From assembly GCA_021432655.1 (NCBI GenBank), contig MU271226.1, forward strand, positions 1 to 64,000: a DNA stretch of 64,000 bases, given 5' to 3'. Both the position numbers and the translations under genes were made by a program. The notes under the pieces are model-generated. The model made no database searches, had not been told where the DNA came from, and saw nothing but the letters and a program-made list of their open reading frames with translations. This DNA is from Atractiella rhizophila (Eukaryota). This document shows positions 12,705 to 26,039 of the stretch, piece by piece (the first letter of the stretch is position 1; every line of letters begins with the position of its first letter).

Positions 12705-13697
12705 GGCTGTTAACTTGACCTTACAGCTGAACTTCAAACTGCTTCAGTGTTAAAGATAGATTCCCGTATTTATACATGGAGCGCACCCGTGTTGTACTAA
12801 ATGCGGCAATGCCTTTTGACACAGGAACTTATGGATAAGTCGAAGATATGGAAAATAAGGCTTGAAAAGCACAACTTCCAAAAAGGGTAAGTGGTCACGT
12901 GAGCGAAACCTTGCACTGTGAGCAATAGCAATTGAGCACAGACATGGCTTTGTCAATTCAGTCAAGTTTTGCTATTCTATTATTCCAAACCTACGATGCC
13001 TACTAAATCTACTAAGCATATTCAACCTTCCGACGCGATTTACATCCCCGAAATTTGTCCTGACGGATCTGACATCCCCCTTATCAATCTACGCGCATTC
13101 GACGCGTCACGGACCACCCTTTCGCCCAGTAAAGTTCTCCGGGAGTATATATACGAAGTGGAAGTGATTTGGTGCAACGATATTCGTATCTTCCCCAAGC
13201 TATCCGGCTAGACAACACGCGTGACATTCCATGCATGATGTAAGCAGTTCAAACTTCTCAGAGAATGGTTTTGTCGAAGAGTAATACCGTCTTTGTATGA
13301 GATTGATATCACAATACATGAATTCACGTTTTTTGAAGCAATAGCCTATGAGTAACGACACGGGAACGATGTTGAGTCAATCCAGTTACATCATGGTTGA
13401 ACCGCTTCTTTGGGGAAATAGTGAGAATTGAGAATTTCACATCGTGCCTTCTGCCATTGTCTTCGTATGGCGCAGTTAGTCTACTTATAAGGAAACTTGA
13501 TTTAAAATTGCTATTAAAGTGAAGTAAAGCCAAAACAAAGGAGTCCGCTCGAGTGAACGTCAGGTCGTAGAGATACAAATTTTGTTTTTGGGATACATAA
13601 GACAGAGGTTGGTGAGGTGGTACACAAAGACAATGCCCAAAAATGTTGTGGATGCCTACCGACATGTTTTTTGCGGCCGTTACTTAGCCCTCTTTTT

Positions 13698-14257
13698 TCA
13701 GGCGCGCTTTTGAGGTTCTCGAGATGTGTCCTGTCTCGTTTGCATCAATTGAAATTGGTAAAGGAAAATTAGAGACTAACCGCGTACTGAACCTGAATTG
13801 CTCTTCTTTCTACTTTTACTTCTGTGAGCGTTGCACACGTCAGTAGATGTCAAGATTGGACACTCACCGGACTCCGAACCCTGTCATCACTTGAGTTTCC
13901 TATGTGTAGCAGAGTGAGAAAACCTACCATTTGATGACCATTCAGAGATCGGACTAAGTTTGTCCTCTCCATTAGCGCATGTCCCAGACAAGCAAGGCAA
14001 GAGATTTCACCTGCGGCTTCGGCATGTTCAATGGCACGAAAAATGACGAAGCCATAACCGCGAGACTTTCGAGGGTCGCTCGGTTCCTTCATGATATGAC
14101 AATCTTCTAGGGGACCAAGAGTGCAGAAAAGGTTTCTAAGCTCGTCGTGCGACAGTGAGTAAGGGAGGTTGCCGACGTATAGCTTGCGGTTCGGTGTGTT
14201 CCTGTGCAGTTTCTTTTGTTGTTAACAAAATTGGCGTTGGAAAAACGCTTACGGCAT
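13698..14257 (-). CDS. Stand-alone single-RRM RNA-binding micro-protein B (~102 aa, 6 exons)
   Basis: RNP2 LYVGNL, RNP1 RGYGFVIF, SLNGHQM. 5-nt first exon and 13-nt micro-exon 13868-13880. Confidence 0.88.
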
Positions 14258-16794
14258 TTTTGTAAACCGTAGAGCTAAAAGTTCAACTAGAGCGAGGGGC
14301 TTGAGCAACTGGGGATCTATGGACCATGACACTGAAATTTATACCCACCGTAGAAATAAGCCATAAGGTGAAAGTCGGGGATCTTGTTCTATACGTCTAT
14401 TTATCAGCACCGATGGAACTCTCAACCCTAACTTATTACTTCCCCAATTCGTAAAACTTCAGATCCCAATCAAGAGGTGGAGAGGTCGTTTCCCCCTGAC
14501 GCGACCCCATTTTCCTCAGGGCACATGGATTAGTCAACTGTCGTGCTTGAGCCGACGCATGGTCTAACAACCTTGAAGTGCTCTCAGAAATGTATCACCT
14601 TCGTCCCTGTCTTGTCAAGGTTCTGCCCTTCCCGCTGTTCCTCCAACGTTTTTATCCAGATTTCAAGTGATAGATCTCAGCTCGAGCTCCGTAGTCCCCT
14701 GCTTTCGTTAACCTTGTGGATATCTCCAACCCTGTCTAGCAAATTGATTTTAGCGAGATTGTGGTCAGAGTGACCGGTAGTGACACCATGCACCCATGTT
14801 TTACGGCCCGGAATCCCTGTGTAGATTTGGTCGGAAGCTGGATTGGGATATGTGGGCCTGGGCAATCTATCTTCAAATTCGTCGGTTCACGACTGAAGTA
14901 CTGAGGGGCAGCGCGTTCTACGGCCAACCAGCATTATATTATGTCGCCTTCTAGAACGCCGCTCGAAGCGTCTTCCCGACCACATTCCTGCAGCAGCTTG
15001 CCCAAGAGCGTCCTTGCCATTGCGGTAACGGCTACACCTTCCTGTAACAGTAGAAAGGAAATGCATTCGATTAAGCGTCGTAATGCATTTACTCGCACCC
15101 TCACTTAGAACGTTAAAACCTTCTGTGGCCTCCTTCCAACCGAAAACCTGTTGGTATCAATATGTCGCAAATAAGTGGAAATCTGGTTGGAACAGCTTGG
15201 AATGCGTCTGGAATAAATATCGCAAACGCAATCCTAGTCTTCTCCTCGACCCACTGTGTGGTCGGCGCTTGCCTCCTGGACTCGTACCATGGACCGACGA
15301 CACATCCAAAGCACCCTCAACAGTGCTGGGTTTGTGCATCTATTTCCGGTAGCCAAGCCGATCCCACGACGCTCTTCGAGACTTGAGCTTCTCATCATCC
15401 TTCCTACCTCGCTGCATGCCAAGTGGTTTCACACTCATGGAACCGGTCAATCTTTGTTGACAACTAATAAGCATCTCTCCGAATCACCTGCAGAGGTCAG
15501 TTAGCAAACAAAAGCAAAGGATAGATGAAGAAAGCCAGCACACAGTTGTCCGTGGTTTCAGAAGTGGTGGAACTGAAACTAGTTTTAGTCTCGACTTTCG
15601 CGTCAGAAGGAGGGAAAGTTGCGTAAAGATATTCCGGTCTCTGCTGAACATGCCGTTTTCAGCCTGTTCTCGCTGGCATGACATGCCTTTCTAGCGAGGT
15701 TTCAATCTTGGTCTGCTTTTCAACCGTAGTTGAAGAGAAGACGCTTTTGACCGGTTAAGCAAGTTAACACCCCATTGAGAATCGTGCAGTTTTCACTAAC
15801 TTTTAGCTCCGTGTTTGGAGAGCACAAGCAAATTAAACAGGGGTCGTCTATCGAAACCAAGTAACCAATCCTTCATTTCACACTAGGCTTGGATTTTGTT
15901 ATTTCTCTACTTCATAATCTTCTTGTTTCATACTTTGAAATGAATGTGTTGGTCAATTACGCGGACTGCTGCATGCAATCGCTTCCTTCTTAACAAGGAT
16001 GCATATCATCCAGCCTCCAATCTGAACCTGTCCAGCGCTTCCAGTCGACTTAACTGCTATGAATATTGTAATATTTCGAGAGTAACAGAAACAGTGAGCT
16101 CTTAGGTCCTGAAAGTCTCACTGGTTCAAATGGGGTATTAAACGGCAATATCGAATATAAAGGTCAGACGCGCTGATTGACAATGCTTATTGGAAAGGGA
16201 TCAATATTTTCATCACAGAAGCTAATAAAGCGGAGACTGAGCATATAAATGAAATGTAAACCACTCACAGGCATACAACATTCCGATAAATATGCTGGAA
16301 GTAACAGCTTCGATTTAATCCCTCAATCATCGTGAAAACTGAAAGACGGACAACGTATCAAAATTAATCAAATGCTCACAGGGACGTTCCAAAGTCGCCA
16401 AATCACATCTGCCATCTGGGCACAACTCGTGCAGGTGTTGTACTGCACTATGACTTCGTCAAAATCGATTGCTGACAATGAGAATACACAAACCAACTCC
16501 TAAAGACTCATCGAATTTGCGTCAAATCTAATCAAATCTGCCTGGACATCTCTAGATCTTGGTGATCCCAGAGATGGTGAAGATCAGCGCCGGCGTTATG
16601 CAACTTCCTTTCCTGGAAGGTCTCATTTGCAAATCTTCGGCGCTTCCCGGTGCCACCAAGTCCAGCAAAACTCTCTGATAGCCTCCACTCTCCACAGCTC
16701 TGTCAGGTTCCGTCCGACCCCTTCCATAGATAATATCTCGATAGAAATTAATACGACCCTCTTTTACCCAAAAGTAATACCAAAACCAGCAGAA

Positions 16795-19726
16795 ATGTCC
16801 GCCGCTGCGATCCCTCTCATTACCTCCTCCTCTACCGACGAAGAGAAGTTCAGGAAGACGTTCGAGGCTCATGCGAAGACGGACAAGGATGGGGTTAAGT
16901 ATGTATCTGCTTTTTTACTCGGGAGGACATGAGAAGGAGTGGAAGCGATGTCCGGTAGTCGGGTTGCTTGATGCTGGGTCTTTTTCTGGCTTCACGTCCA
17001 GCAGTGAGAAACCGAGGTGTGGGAGGTGTGGCTATCAACCTGCAACTCCCACTGAAGTTTGTGAACCTGCTCGCAGAGAGATGACCGTGGCACTTGCGGA
17101 TGTAGCTTGCACAGGACACCGACATTGGCAACTATTTAGTTGGACAAGCTGTACGAGTGATGTCTCATCAAGTGCTCGTTAACACTTCTCTCTGCTCCTA
17201 CCGACACCGTTTTCTGCAAGTCCACATGCCTGTATTCTAATAGTGTCTTTTCTGCAGATACCTGGATCAGGAGGGCTTTGTTGATGCCATCGCCCCACCC
17301 ACAGATTTCACCTCCATAACCCGACGTCAGTTCGCGCTCCTCTTCCGAGTCGCCTCTCCGAAATCTCCCAATCGACTATCGTTCGAAGAGTTTGTGCGTT
17401 TCGAGACTCTCCTCAAGCAGCCAGATGCCGAGTTCCAAGTTGCTTTTCGATTTTTTGACCTCGACGGGAATGGAAGCGTCAGCTTTGAGGAGTTCCAGAG
17501 AGTTTATGCGCAGATGCTGGAGAAGAAGGATGCTTTCCCTTTTGACTTTGGGAGCCCTTGGCTGAAGCTGTACTTGGGGAAGAAACATGGAACGGGAGAG
17601 CATGTGCTGGGATATAAGTACGTCAATTTCGTCTCTCTATCTGCCTCACGAAGAAAATGTCTCTGATACTGCGGTGCCGCACAACAGTGAATTCACACAA
17701 CTAATGAAAGGTCTCCAAGGCGAGCGGCTGCGTCAAGCTTTCCAATACTTTGACAAAGACGAGGACGGATACATCAAAGCGGAAGACTTCAAACGAATCG
17801 TGATTGACCTGGTGAAGCACAAGCTGTCAGAAGAGATTGTCGACCAACTCACGACGCTGTGCAATCTGTCGGCCTCCGGCAAGATTTCGTATTCAGAAGC
17901 AAGAGCTTTCCACAACGTTCGTTCATCCTCATTCTTGTTCCCTCGCGAGCGCATCTGCCGCTACGCCTCCTGTTCTACCCCGAATTGAGACTTGTATGAT
18001 AGGTGATCCGAGATATGGACCTTGTCGAATCCGTCATCCGGGAAGGCTGCGCAAAATCGAAAGACGGCAAGATCTCCCTCGCCGACTTCCAAACCATCGC
18101 CTCCCAATCCACGCGCTACGGCTCCTTCTCTCCCCTCGAAGCACGCATCGTCTTCCACTTCGCCTCCTTCGGGGATCCTGCTAAACGACTTGCGTTGACC
18201 GACTTCGCCCATCTCATCGATGCCAAATGGAACCGTCCTATCCCTGAAGGAATCACGCCGACCAGTGGCGTTATAAATGATATCCTCCGCAGTGCCTACA
18301 ATTTCGGACTTGGTGGAATTGCTGGTGGTATCGGTGCCACTTTCGTGTATCCTATCGATCTGGTTAAGACTAGGATGCAGAACCAGAGGAGCAAAGTGGT
18401 GGGAGAGCTGCTGTATAAGAATAGTTTGGATTGTGCCAAGAAGGTGTACAAAAACGAAGGCTTACGGGGCTTTTACCGCGGTCTTCCCCCCCAATTGGTG
18501 GTAGGTACTCTCCCTTCAACCTTCGGTCTTGGGACTAAGCACATGTCGCTCCATGTATAGGGAGTCGCACCGGAGAAAGCAATCAAGTTGACGGTCAACG
18601 ATCTGATTAGGGGAAAAGCCAGGGATCCTGTCACAGGAAATATTGGACTAGGGTGGGAGCTGATTGCCGGTGGTGGAGCAGGAGGTTGTCAAGTCGTGCG
18701 TGTTTGTTTACCTCTCTTTCGCTCCTTTCTTCCCCTGTGTCTCATGCTAACCAAGGGCCGTGAGTAGGTCTTTACCAACCCTTTGGAGATTGTGAAAATC
18801 AGGTTACAAATGCAAGGAGAGATGGCGAAGAAGGGAGGCACGGCCGTAGCTCACGGTGCAGGGCACATTATTAAACAATTGGGTTTATTTGGGTTGTATA
18901 AAGGAGCAGGAGCGTGTTTGCTTCGTGATATTCCGTTCAGGTTCGTCTTTCTCACACCTAGACAAGATTCTATCGTGACCTCGTCATAAAGCGCTATCTA
19001 CTTCCCTGCATATGCCCATCTCAAAAAAGACGTCTTCAAAGAAGGACACAACGGAAAGAAGCTGGGTTTTGGCGAAACACTTATATCTGCTGGTATCGCT
19101 GGAATGCCAGCTGCATATCTCACAACTCCGGTTTGGCCCTCCTTGTTCTTGCAAAGCTACTTCACTGATAAGGTGAAATAAAACAGGCTGATGTTGTCAA
19201 GACGAGGTTGCAAACGGAAGCGAGAAAGGGAGAGACCAACTACAAAGGTATAATGGACGCCTTTGCCAAAATATGTCTGTCTCCACTTCGCGCTCTGTTT
19301 ATATGATGAAGCTGATCGAATGAACAGATCAAGAAGAGGGATTTAAAGCGTTTTATAAAGGCGGTATTGCTCGTGTAGTTAGGAGCAGTCCCCAGGTTAG
19401 TCTTCGTTGCTTACCGTTCCCTCGCACATACTAACTTGGATGTCTCACGCAGTTTGGAGTCGTAAGCTTAGATCTCTCTCCCTCCAAAGTTGATACTGAT
19501 ACTGGCCAAAGACATTGGTCGCCTACGAATACCTTCATAAATTTATTCCGGTCAGTTATCCTGCTTGCAGAGACGAAGCGCAAGTCAATCTAATGAGATC
19601 ATGCAGTATCCGGGAGATGTTCAGGTCACCAAGATTGCTCCTTCGTTCGATGAACTGTCGCGGATACGAGCACGGAATGCATTGCGAATTCTCTTGGACG
19701 TTCACCATGACGTTTCATCTGCGTAA
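16795..19726 (+). CDS. AGC1: Mitochondrial aspartate/glutamate carrier with EF-hand N-terminal domain (Aralar/citrin-like)
   Basis: EF-hands ([24 protein letters not shown]), carrier signatures [22 protein letters not shown] and [10 protein letters not shown], plus RDIPFSAIYFP and RSSPQFG. Confidence 0.96.
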
Positions 19727-20120
19727 AGCATCAACTCCTCATTGCAACCAACAAACTATCGCCATCATCCCAACAAGTATCCGTCCATTTATCATCACTT
19801 CGAATTCATTAGGATGCAATCATCTTTCCTGCCTAACCTGTGGCTTCTTATCTGCTGCTTGTGTACATTGGACCGGCGCTGCTTCTTATGTTCACTTAAT
19901 ATCTTCCTTTCTATTGCTCGACCATCATCCAGTGCATCTGTTGCATTTCTGCTCCATTCTCATTTCTGGCTTCGTTTTTCAAGACTGCGATTTGGATTGT
20001 TTTACCTTCCTGTCGACTCCCACGCTCCTTTTCTGCCATTTCAAAATAGCACGCAGAGCAGCATGTTGCGTGCTCCTCATAGACGATGTTTACGATAGAT
20101 GGAGTACATTATGATTCCTA

Positions 20121-22784
20121 TTACCACCATCCTCCAAGTAGGGTATTCACAGATTCTAGCGACGAAACGTTGTCATTTCTTCGTCTTCGTCCCCATCCCC
20201 TGTCATCGGTAGCGGCTGTGCCCCCGCCCTCAGTTGCTGGCGACTGCGATTCTCCCGCCATCCAAAAATCACTGTTCCATTCCATCAGGTTCTGATAAAG
20301 GAAAATGAAGGGTGAAAACGGACCATCCTTGAGCTTTGGTGCGTAGTAAACAGGAATGCCCAGTAAAATAAAGCCAAATGCAGAGGCTGCTTCCATTGGA
20401 GCGGAGAAGATGGGGAGCCAGACAAGGAAGAGGGAGACGCAGGAGAAGATTATAGGTGTTATTATCCACGTCTGTTGCCCCTTTCAGCATCGTACCATGT
20501 CTACTTTGCGAAAAGATACCTTGTGTGGTCGTGGAAGGTGAGGTTCCCGAATTCGAAGATAGAGCAGCGATGTGACAGTGAGGAAGTAGAATGTCCAAGC
20601 AGTTACGCTTTCCGCCAGCGCACTCATCAGCCAGGCGGTGGTGTCAAAAATGGGACACGAACGAGAAGAAATTAACTAGGCTCTTGAACTCCCCAACGGC
20701 AACCATGACCATGGTGAGCAAAGCTTGTAAGAAAATGGCATTGACTGGCGTGTTGCGTCTACTATTCAGTTTGCCGAATATTCTGGGGATGAAGTTCTCT
20801 TGACCCGCCACATAGATTAGGCGGGAGGAAGAAAAGAGGTTTCCTGTGTACATGTCAGCTTCATGGCTTGACGCTGAGAGGATTAGCGCCGACTAACCGT
20901 TCAGAGCTCCAAAACAGGATACAGCGACGATGATAGCGAATATCAGGCCACCAGTCGGCCCATACAGCTTGTGCCCAAAATCCTGTTCCAGAGACATTCA
21001 GAAGGTAGATAGATGAGGCAGAGCGTGACAAACGAGAGCCACTGTATTCGTGAGCTCCACCGTTTCCTTCTCCAACACAATGAAGTACGATATGTTACAA
21101 GCGACATAGAACGTGCCGACGAGCACCAGAGAAACTGTGACTATCCGATTCAGATCTCGCTCAATGTTCTTCACTTCGGAGCAGAGGAAATTGAGCCTAT
21201 GGGTGCGCGCCATTAGCACCACCTAGTGGCATCACTGCGACGAAGGAATAGGAAGCGCGTACGTATCCCATCCATCGTAGCTCCATAACCCCGCAAAGAA
21301 AGCGAGCGCGTAAGAGGAAGGAGAAGTAGAGGAATTGGCGAATAGGTCTGTTTTGAGAGCTGACGACTGGTTTTCCTTGAAAGGAGGTAAGAGCTGGAGC
21401 AATCCCATGACAATCACGGATAGCAGACTAGCTACCTGTCCCAGAAGTCAAGATGCGGATGACAGTAAACAGAACGACGAGACAGACTTTGATGACGGTT
21501 AACACAACCTGTGCGCTGGTACCCGCTTTTGTCGAGAACATGTTGAGCAGGGCAATAAGGAGGATGGCGAGAAATGCCACGCCTTTAATGGCGAGTGAGG
21601 GTATAGATGCGGAGTCTGTAGAAGAGTCGGTAGAGAATGCCGTACTGAACGAATTTCAACAGAACTTCGGTGTCTCCGTCATTGAAGAACGCACTGGTAC
21701 CTAAGACCGACAGCTCAGCGGATACTTGCATGGTGGGGAGGGGGGCAACAAACAAGATCCTGCAAACGTATTCACCAAATACCTGTGCGACGTTCAGCCT
21801 TAGACACCATGCAGACAGTGAAGTGACATACAACTGAAATAATAGCCGCGCTGACCGGCTGCACAGCTCGTCAGTCCATTGTTCTCTCTCAAGGAAATCG
21901 TGGGTGGCTAGGGAACAGACCTTCATAACCCAAATAGCTGTAAAAGCATATAAAAACGCAAATAGAGGACCATAACTGTAATTTAGATAAGTCTGTGCAC
22001 CCCCCGATAGAGGGATTGCTGTTCCCTGCATGGAAGGCAATTCACGTCAGCGAGGGATTCTAACAGAACGTGGGAGGAAGAGCAGGGATTGGTGAGGCTG
22101 ACAAGTTCCGCGAAACTGCTGGCTCCAGTCCATGCCAACAGACCACTGCAGATCCATATTAGAAGGGCGACACCGACACTCCCTGCGTCTGCTGTGACGA
22201 TCTATGTGGAGGATGAGCCGGTTCCGGACAGGAGAAGGAAGAAAGATTTACACCCGGACTAGAGAAGATACCACTACCTGTTTCACTCTTCAGACTTGCA
22301 TTGCAAAGCAGCGACTAGGAGGAACGAAACGGCAGGACAACGCACCAATTTGCGAGCCCACGACCAGCGCTACGCCCCCCACAAATCCAATGGTCTTTTC
22401 CGACTTCCCCTCCGTCGTCCCCTCCGGTCCGTCTCTACTCAGTGAAAGAGGGATGGCGTTCAGCCGAAAGTAGTCAAAGCTAGTGCGTGTGAGGCTCCTC
22501 AGACCGGGCCTTGTCTGTCGTGCAGACTTCGGAATAAACGCCTCGTCTTCTGCCCCTTCGTCTTCCTCCGCAGGCCCATAAGGAGAATGTAGTTTGGCTT
22601 CACGGAAGGAGAGAGCTTCGAGGTCCTCCTCGTCGTCGGATAATGATATCTTTTCGTCGGATGTAACGAGTCGCGACGCGCTGGACGTTGGTACTTTAGG
22701 GGAAGGTGGGGTGGAGAGACCAGGAATGGAGTGAGAGAGGAGGTTGGGAATAGGAGAGGATGCGGAGGAGCTAGACGTGCTCAT
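20121..22784 (-). CDS. LAT-family (APC superfamily) amino-acid permease, multi-exon
   Basis: VGSQIGSGIFSSPG, SFAELGTAIPLSGG, GLWSYDGWNRLNF and SSSRLIYVAG motifs, with many TM helices. Confidence 0.93.
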
Positions 22785-23687
22785 GATGCTACAAATATCG
22801 TCCTGTGAGTGGAAAAGAGATTAGCTTCTAGTTTGTTCACTCTGCTCTATCAACACTGCACGTCATGCTCTGGGTATAGGATAGTGCGACAGAGCGGCCT
22901 CAACTGAGAGATGAACCGCAACGCTCAAGCCATGACCGCCACTTGTCCGTTTGCACGCACACATGGGCGTTTTGAGGAGAATCAAAAAGTAAAGGGAATC
23001 CGCATACCTTTTACTACGTCGCGAGGACTGCAACTGCAACTGCTACTGGACCAAACCGCACTGCACTGCTTTGTTGCCTAGTCCTCACAAGAAGAAAAAA
23101 TCTTGCTATCCAGCTTTACCTCAAAGGTCTATTGGCTTGTAGCGGTGAGCCGTTATGGGCGATTCTAGTGACGGATTGTGCTGGCTGCTGGCTGTGTTGG
23201 ATTGACTACCAAGAAGGGGGAGATGCAATGCAGACAGCATCAACAGCATCAACTGTCACCAATAGCTGACCGCAACCACCAAAAAAACACCACAATCTCT
23301 GAGCTCTCTGCGATATCAGAGGAGGTTCAGGACAGGCATAAAAGCCGTTTATATTATGTTATGTACAGTGTTCTGGCCGTTTCACAAGAGCTCTACCTAT
23401 GAATCGCCGCCTTTCTTTTTTGTTTACCTTGCTCAGTCACGCAATGTCAAGTTCCAATGCCACTTCTACTCTACCCAATATTTACAGATGATCCTGCTGG
23501 TTTTGAAACAATACCACGTTTGATCACTTTCTGAGTGGTGGTTCTTTCCTTGACACTTCCCTGAACTGCCACATCCCCTCAATGCGCCAGTACTGAATGC
23601 AGCAGCTGTCATCAACGGGGGCAACACGAGCAACGGAAACATAGCTTTATAAGTTCCTCTCTTTCCCTGTGGACGAGAGCAGTAAAA

Positions 23688-25861
23688 TGTCGTCCGCTCG
23701 TTCAAACCGGCCTGGAGAGGGTCTAGGGAGAAATCCCGGACCACGATCTTCCTCCTCTTCTCCATCACATTCATCCGCATCTAACTACTTTTCTGCAGCT
23801 GGAGAGCTGTCATTCCATGATCAGGCAAAACAAGGGGTTGCGTTTTTGGACATGGTTCTGAGTTTGGACGAGCATGGGAGGGTCGCGGCCGCCGAAGAGG
23901 ACCTAAAGAAGGCCCAGGCGTCTGTGATTCCATTGTAGATTCTTGTAACTACGACTGATCCCTGCTCATAGGATCTATGATAGCTTGCTTGAGCATCCAA
24001 CGAAAAGGACAGCCATGGAGCGGAAGTCTGGTAGTGATTACAAACGATTCTGCGAACTAAAGGACGTATGCCCTCATGTATTTTCAACTAACTCTTCTCA
24101 AATTTTTGTTAGAAACTCCTCAAATCCATCGTCCTGGTTGAAAAACACAAATCAAGCAGCCGCAATTCCTCTACTAGTACGACCTACCACAGTACAGATG
24201 AAGAGCCATTCGAAGAATGCATGACAAGTCGAGATCTTCCCCCCCACTTACGGGCACGTATGCCATCCTCGCCGCAAAGTCCCTCTCAAAATCGTACAAC
24301 AAGAGCATCACCTTCAACGACCACTGGAACTAGCGCGAGCATCGATCCGTATCTTTGGTCTGAAACTGACGATGCAGAATCAGACTCTGGAAGGACGATA
24401 ACTAGTTCGGACCGAGGCCGCATGTCAGCTCGCAACAATAGGAACGAGACCCACGAACGTTTCAACACTTTCGCTCGCGCTACTTCTCAGGAAAATGCAC
24501 ATATACCCCTCGAGGAACAGGATAAAATCGTGGGAGTTGATCCTGTCCCTCGATCCCCTACACAGCCACATAAAGTCGTAGTAGCTCTCGCAGAATCTGT
24601 GGAAACGTATCCAGAACATTGGATGATCGTTTGTCTGAATGCTGGCAGAGTATTGATAGGGGAACGTTATACTACAGACCAAATATCGCCTCGCTGCATC
24701 AAAGTATGTGATACATTCCAGCACAGTACCATGGGAGATGTTAACGATGTCTACAGGAGATTTTAGACATCAGCACCTACTTTCCTATCAACAAGCTTTC
24801 TCAGCTCGACGAGCCCCTTGAAACCATTCTGCCAATCTTCAACAGATCCTTTATCCCTAGTAGCGACTCTCCCGCCATCAAAACGATCGATAAAATGTTC
24901 GTACTGCTTTCCCTGTTCCCCTCTGCTTGGCAGCTCAATATTATCGAAAAAGAGTTCAAACAGTAAAGCCAAACACGTTCCTGGTGTTGTCCAATCTAGC
25001 AAATACAGTCACTCTGATGCAGGTCCCGAACTCGAAACAGGACAATCTCTGGGTCGTATTTGATCCATCAGGGCAGAACGGGACCTCTGCCGGTCAAATT
25101 GATGTCTATAGCTTGGTGGAGGGAATGAAGGCCCATTTGAAGAGGGTCTTTTCCCCTGCGACAACTAGAGAAGATGTCCTTCCCCCAGAAACCTTGGTGA
25201 AAGCATTCAACTTCCGCGGGCCATTGGACCGAAATGAGGAACTCTACATCACCAATTCTAAGTGGCTGAGTCTACATTTGCAGCTTATCGGAAAAGGAGA
25301 TCAAGACGAGCAAGACGAACAAGACAGCCAATGCGATCAAGAAAGGCGATGCGAGCAAGAGGGCCGATACGAGCAAGACGGCAAATATGGTCAAGACTAT
25401 TCAGAGGTCGAGAGGAGGCAGGAGGCGTTAGACCGTCGGATGAAGGAGAAAAGAGTAGGCTGTCTCAATCTCGCACAAAATGCTCTGCTGAGAAGTATTT
25501 ATCGAGCGCTTCAAATGTTCATCCTGCGGCTCCATCGCGAGAGCCAGAAACTTCGGCTGGGAGCTCGAATGTGGGCATAAAATATGTCGCTCATGCTGTC
25601 GCGGTTACCTCCTCACCGTTATTTATGGTGAACCACCAGATACTCTCCCAACCTGTCCTGTCTACCGCTGCCCTACAAGTGAGTCGTCCTTCCAGTATCA
25701 TTGTCACTGGCTTATTTGGGTCAGGAATCACTCGAGATCTAGTGGCACGGATTCTCGAGCGGATGCATGTCGAGGCTTGGGACCAGCTTGAGATTGCGAT
25801 TGCGACGACACAATCCTTGAACCTGGAGACCCCAAGCATGGATCCCGCAAACTCACCATGA
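23688..25861 (+). CDS. Hypothetical multi-exon protein (roughly 600 aa), no family recognised
   Basis: Consecutive + strand ORFs (23669-23938, 24221-24766, 24927-25580, 25262-25861) can be linked by ~50-nt GT-AG introns. Exact junctions are partly uncertain. Confidence 0.55.
25298..25397 (+). repeat. Degenerate 9/18-bp coding repeat (DQDEQDEQDSQCDQERRCEQEGRYEQDGKYGQD)
   Basis: Recurrent GAGCAAGA/GATCAAGA units. Confidence 0.7.
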
Positions 25862-26039
25862 GGCTGTTGTATTTCTTCGTCGAATTCTAGTGTCGTACTA
25901 TTTCCTTTGTTACTTGAGCATGAAATAATGTTGAACAGAACTGAACCTGAATTGCAGCGTAACGAAACCTTTGTGACACAATACAGAGACGGCGGTACCC
26001 TAAACCACTTCCAACAAAACGTGAGAGGTACGAAGCATC

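Noticed and set aside
14543..15684. Cluster of short overlapping ORFs
   Set aside because: No coherent spliced frame or domain; at most a decayed gene.
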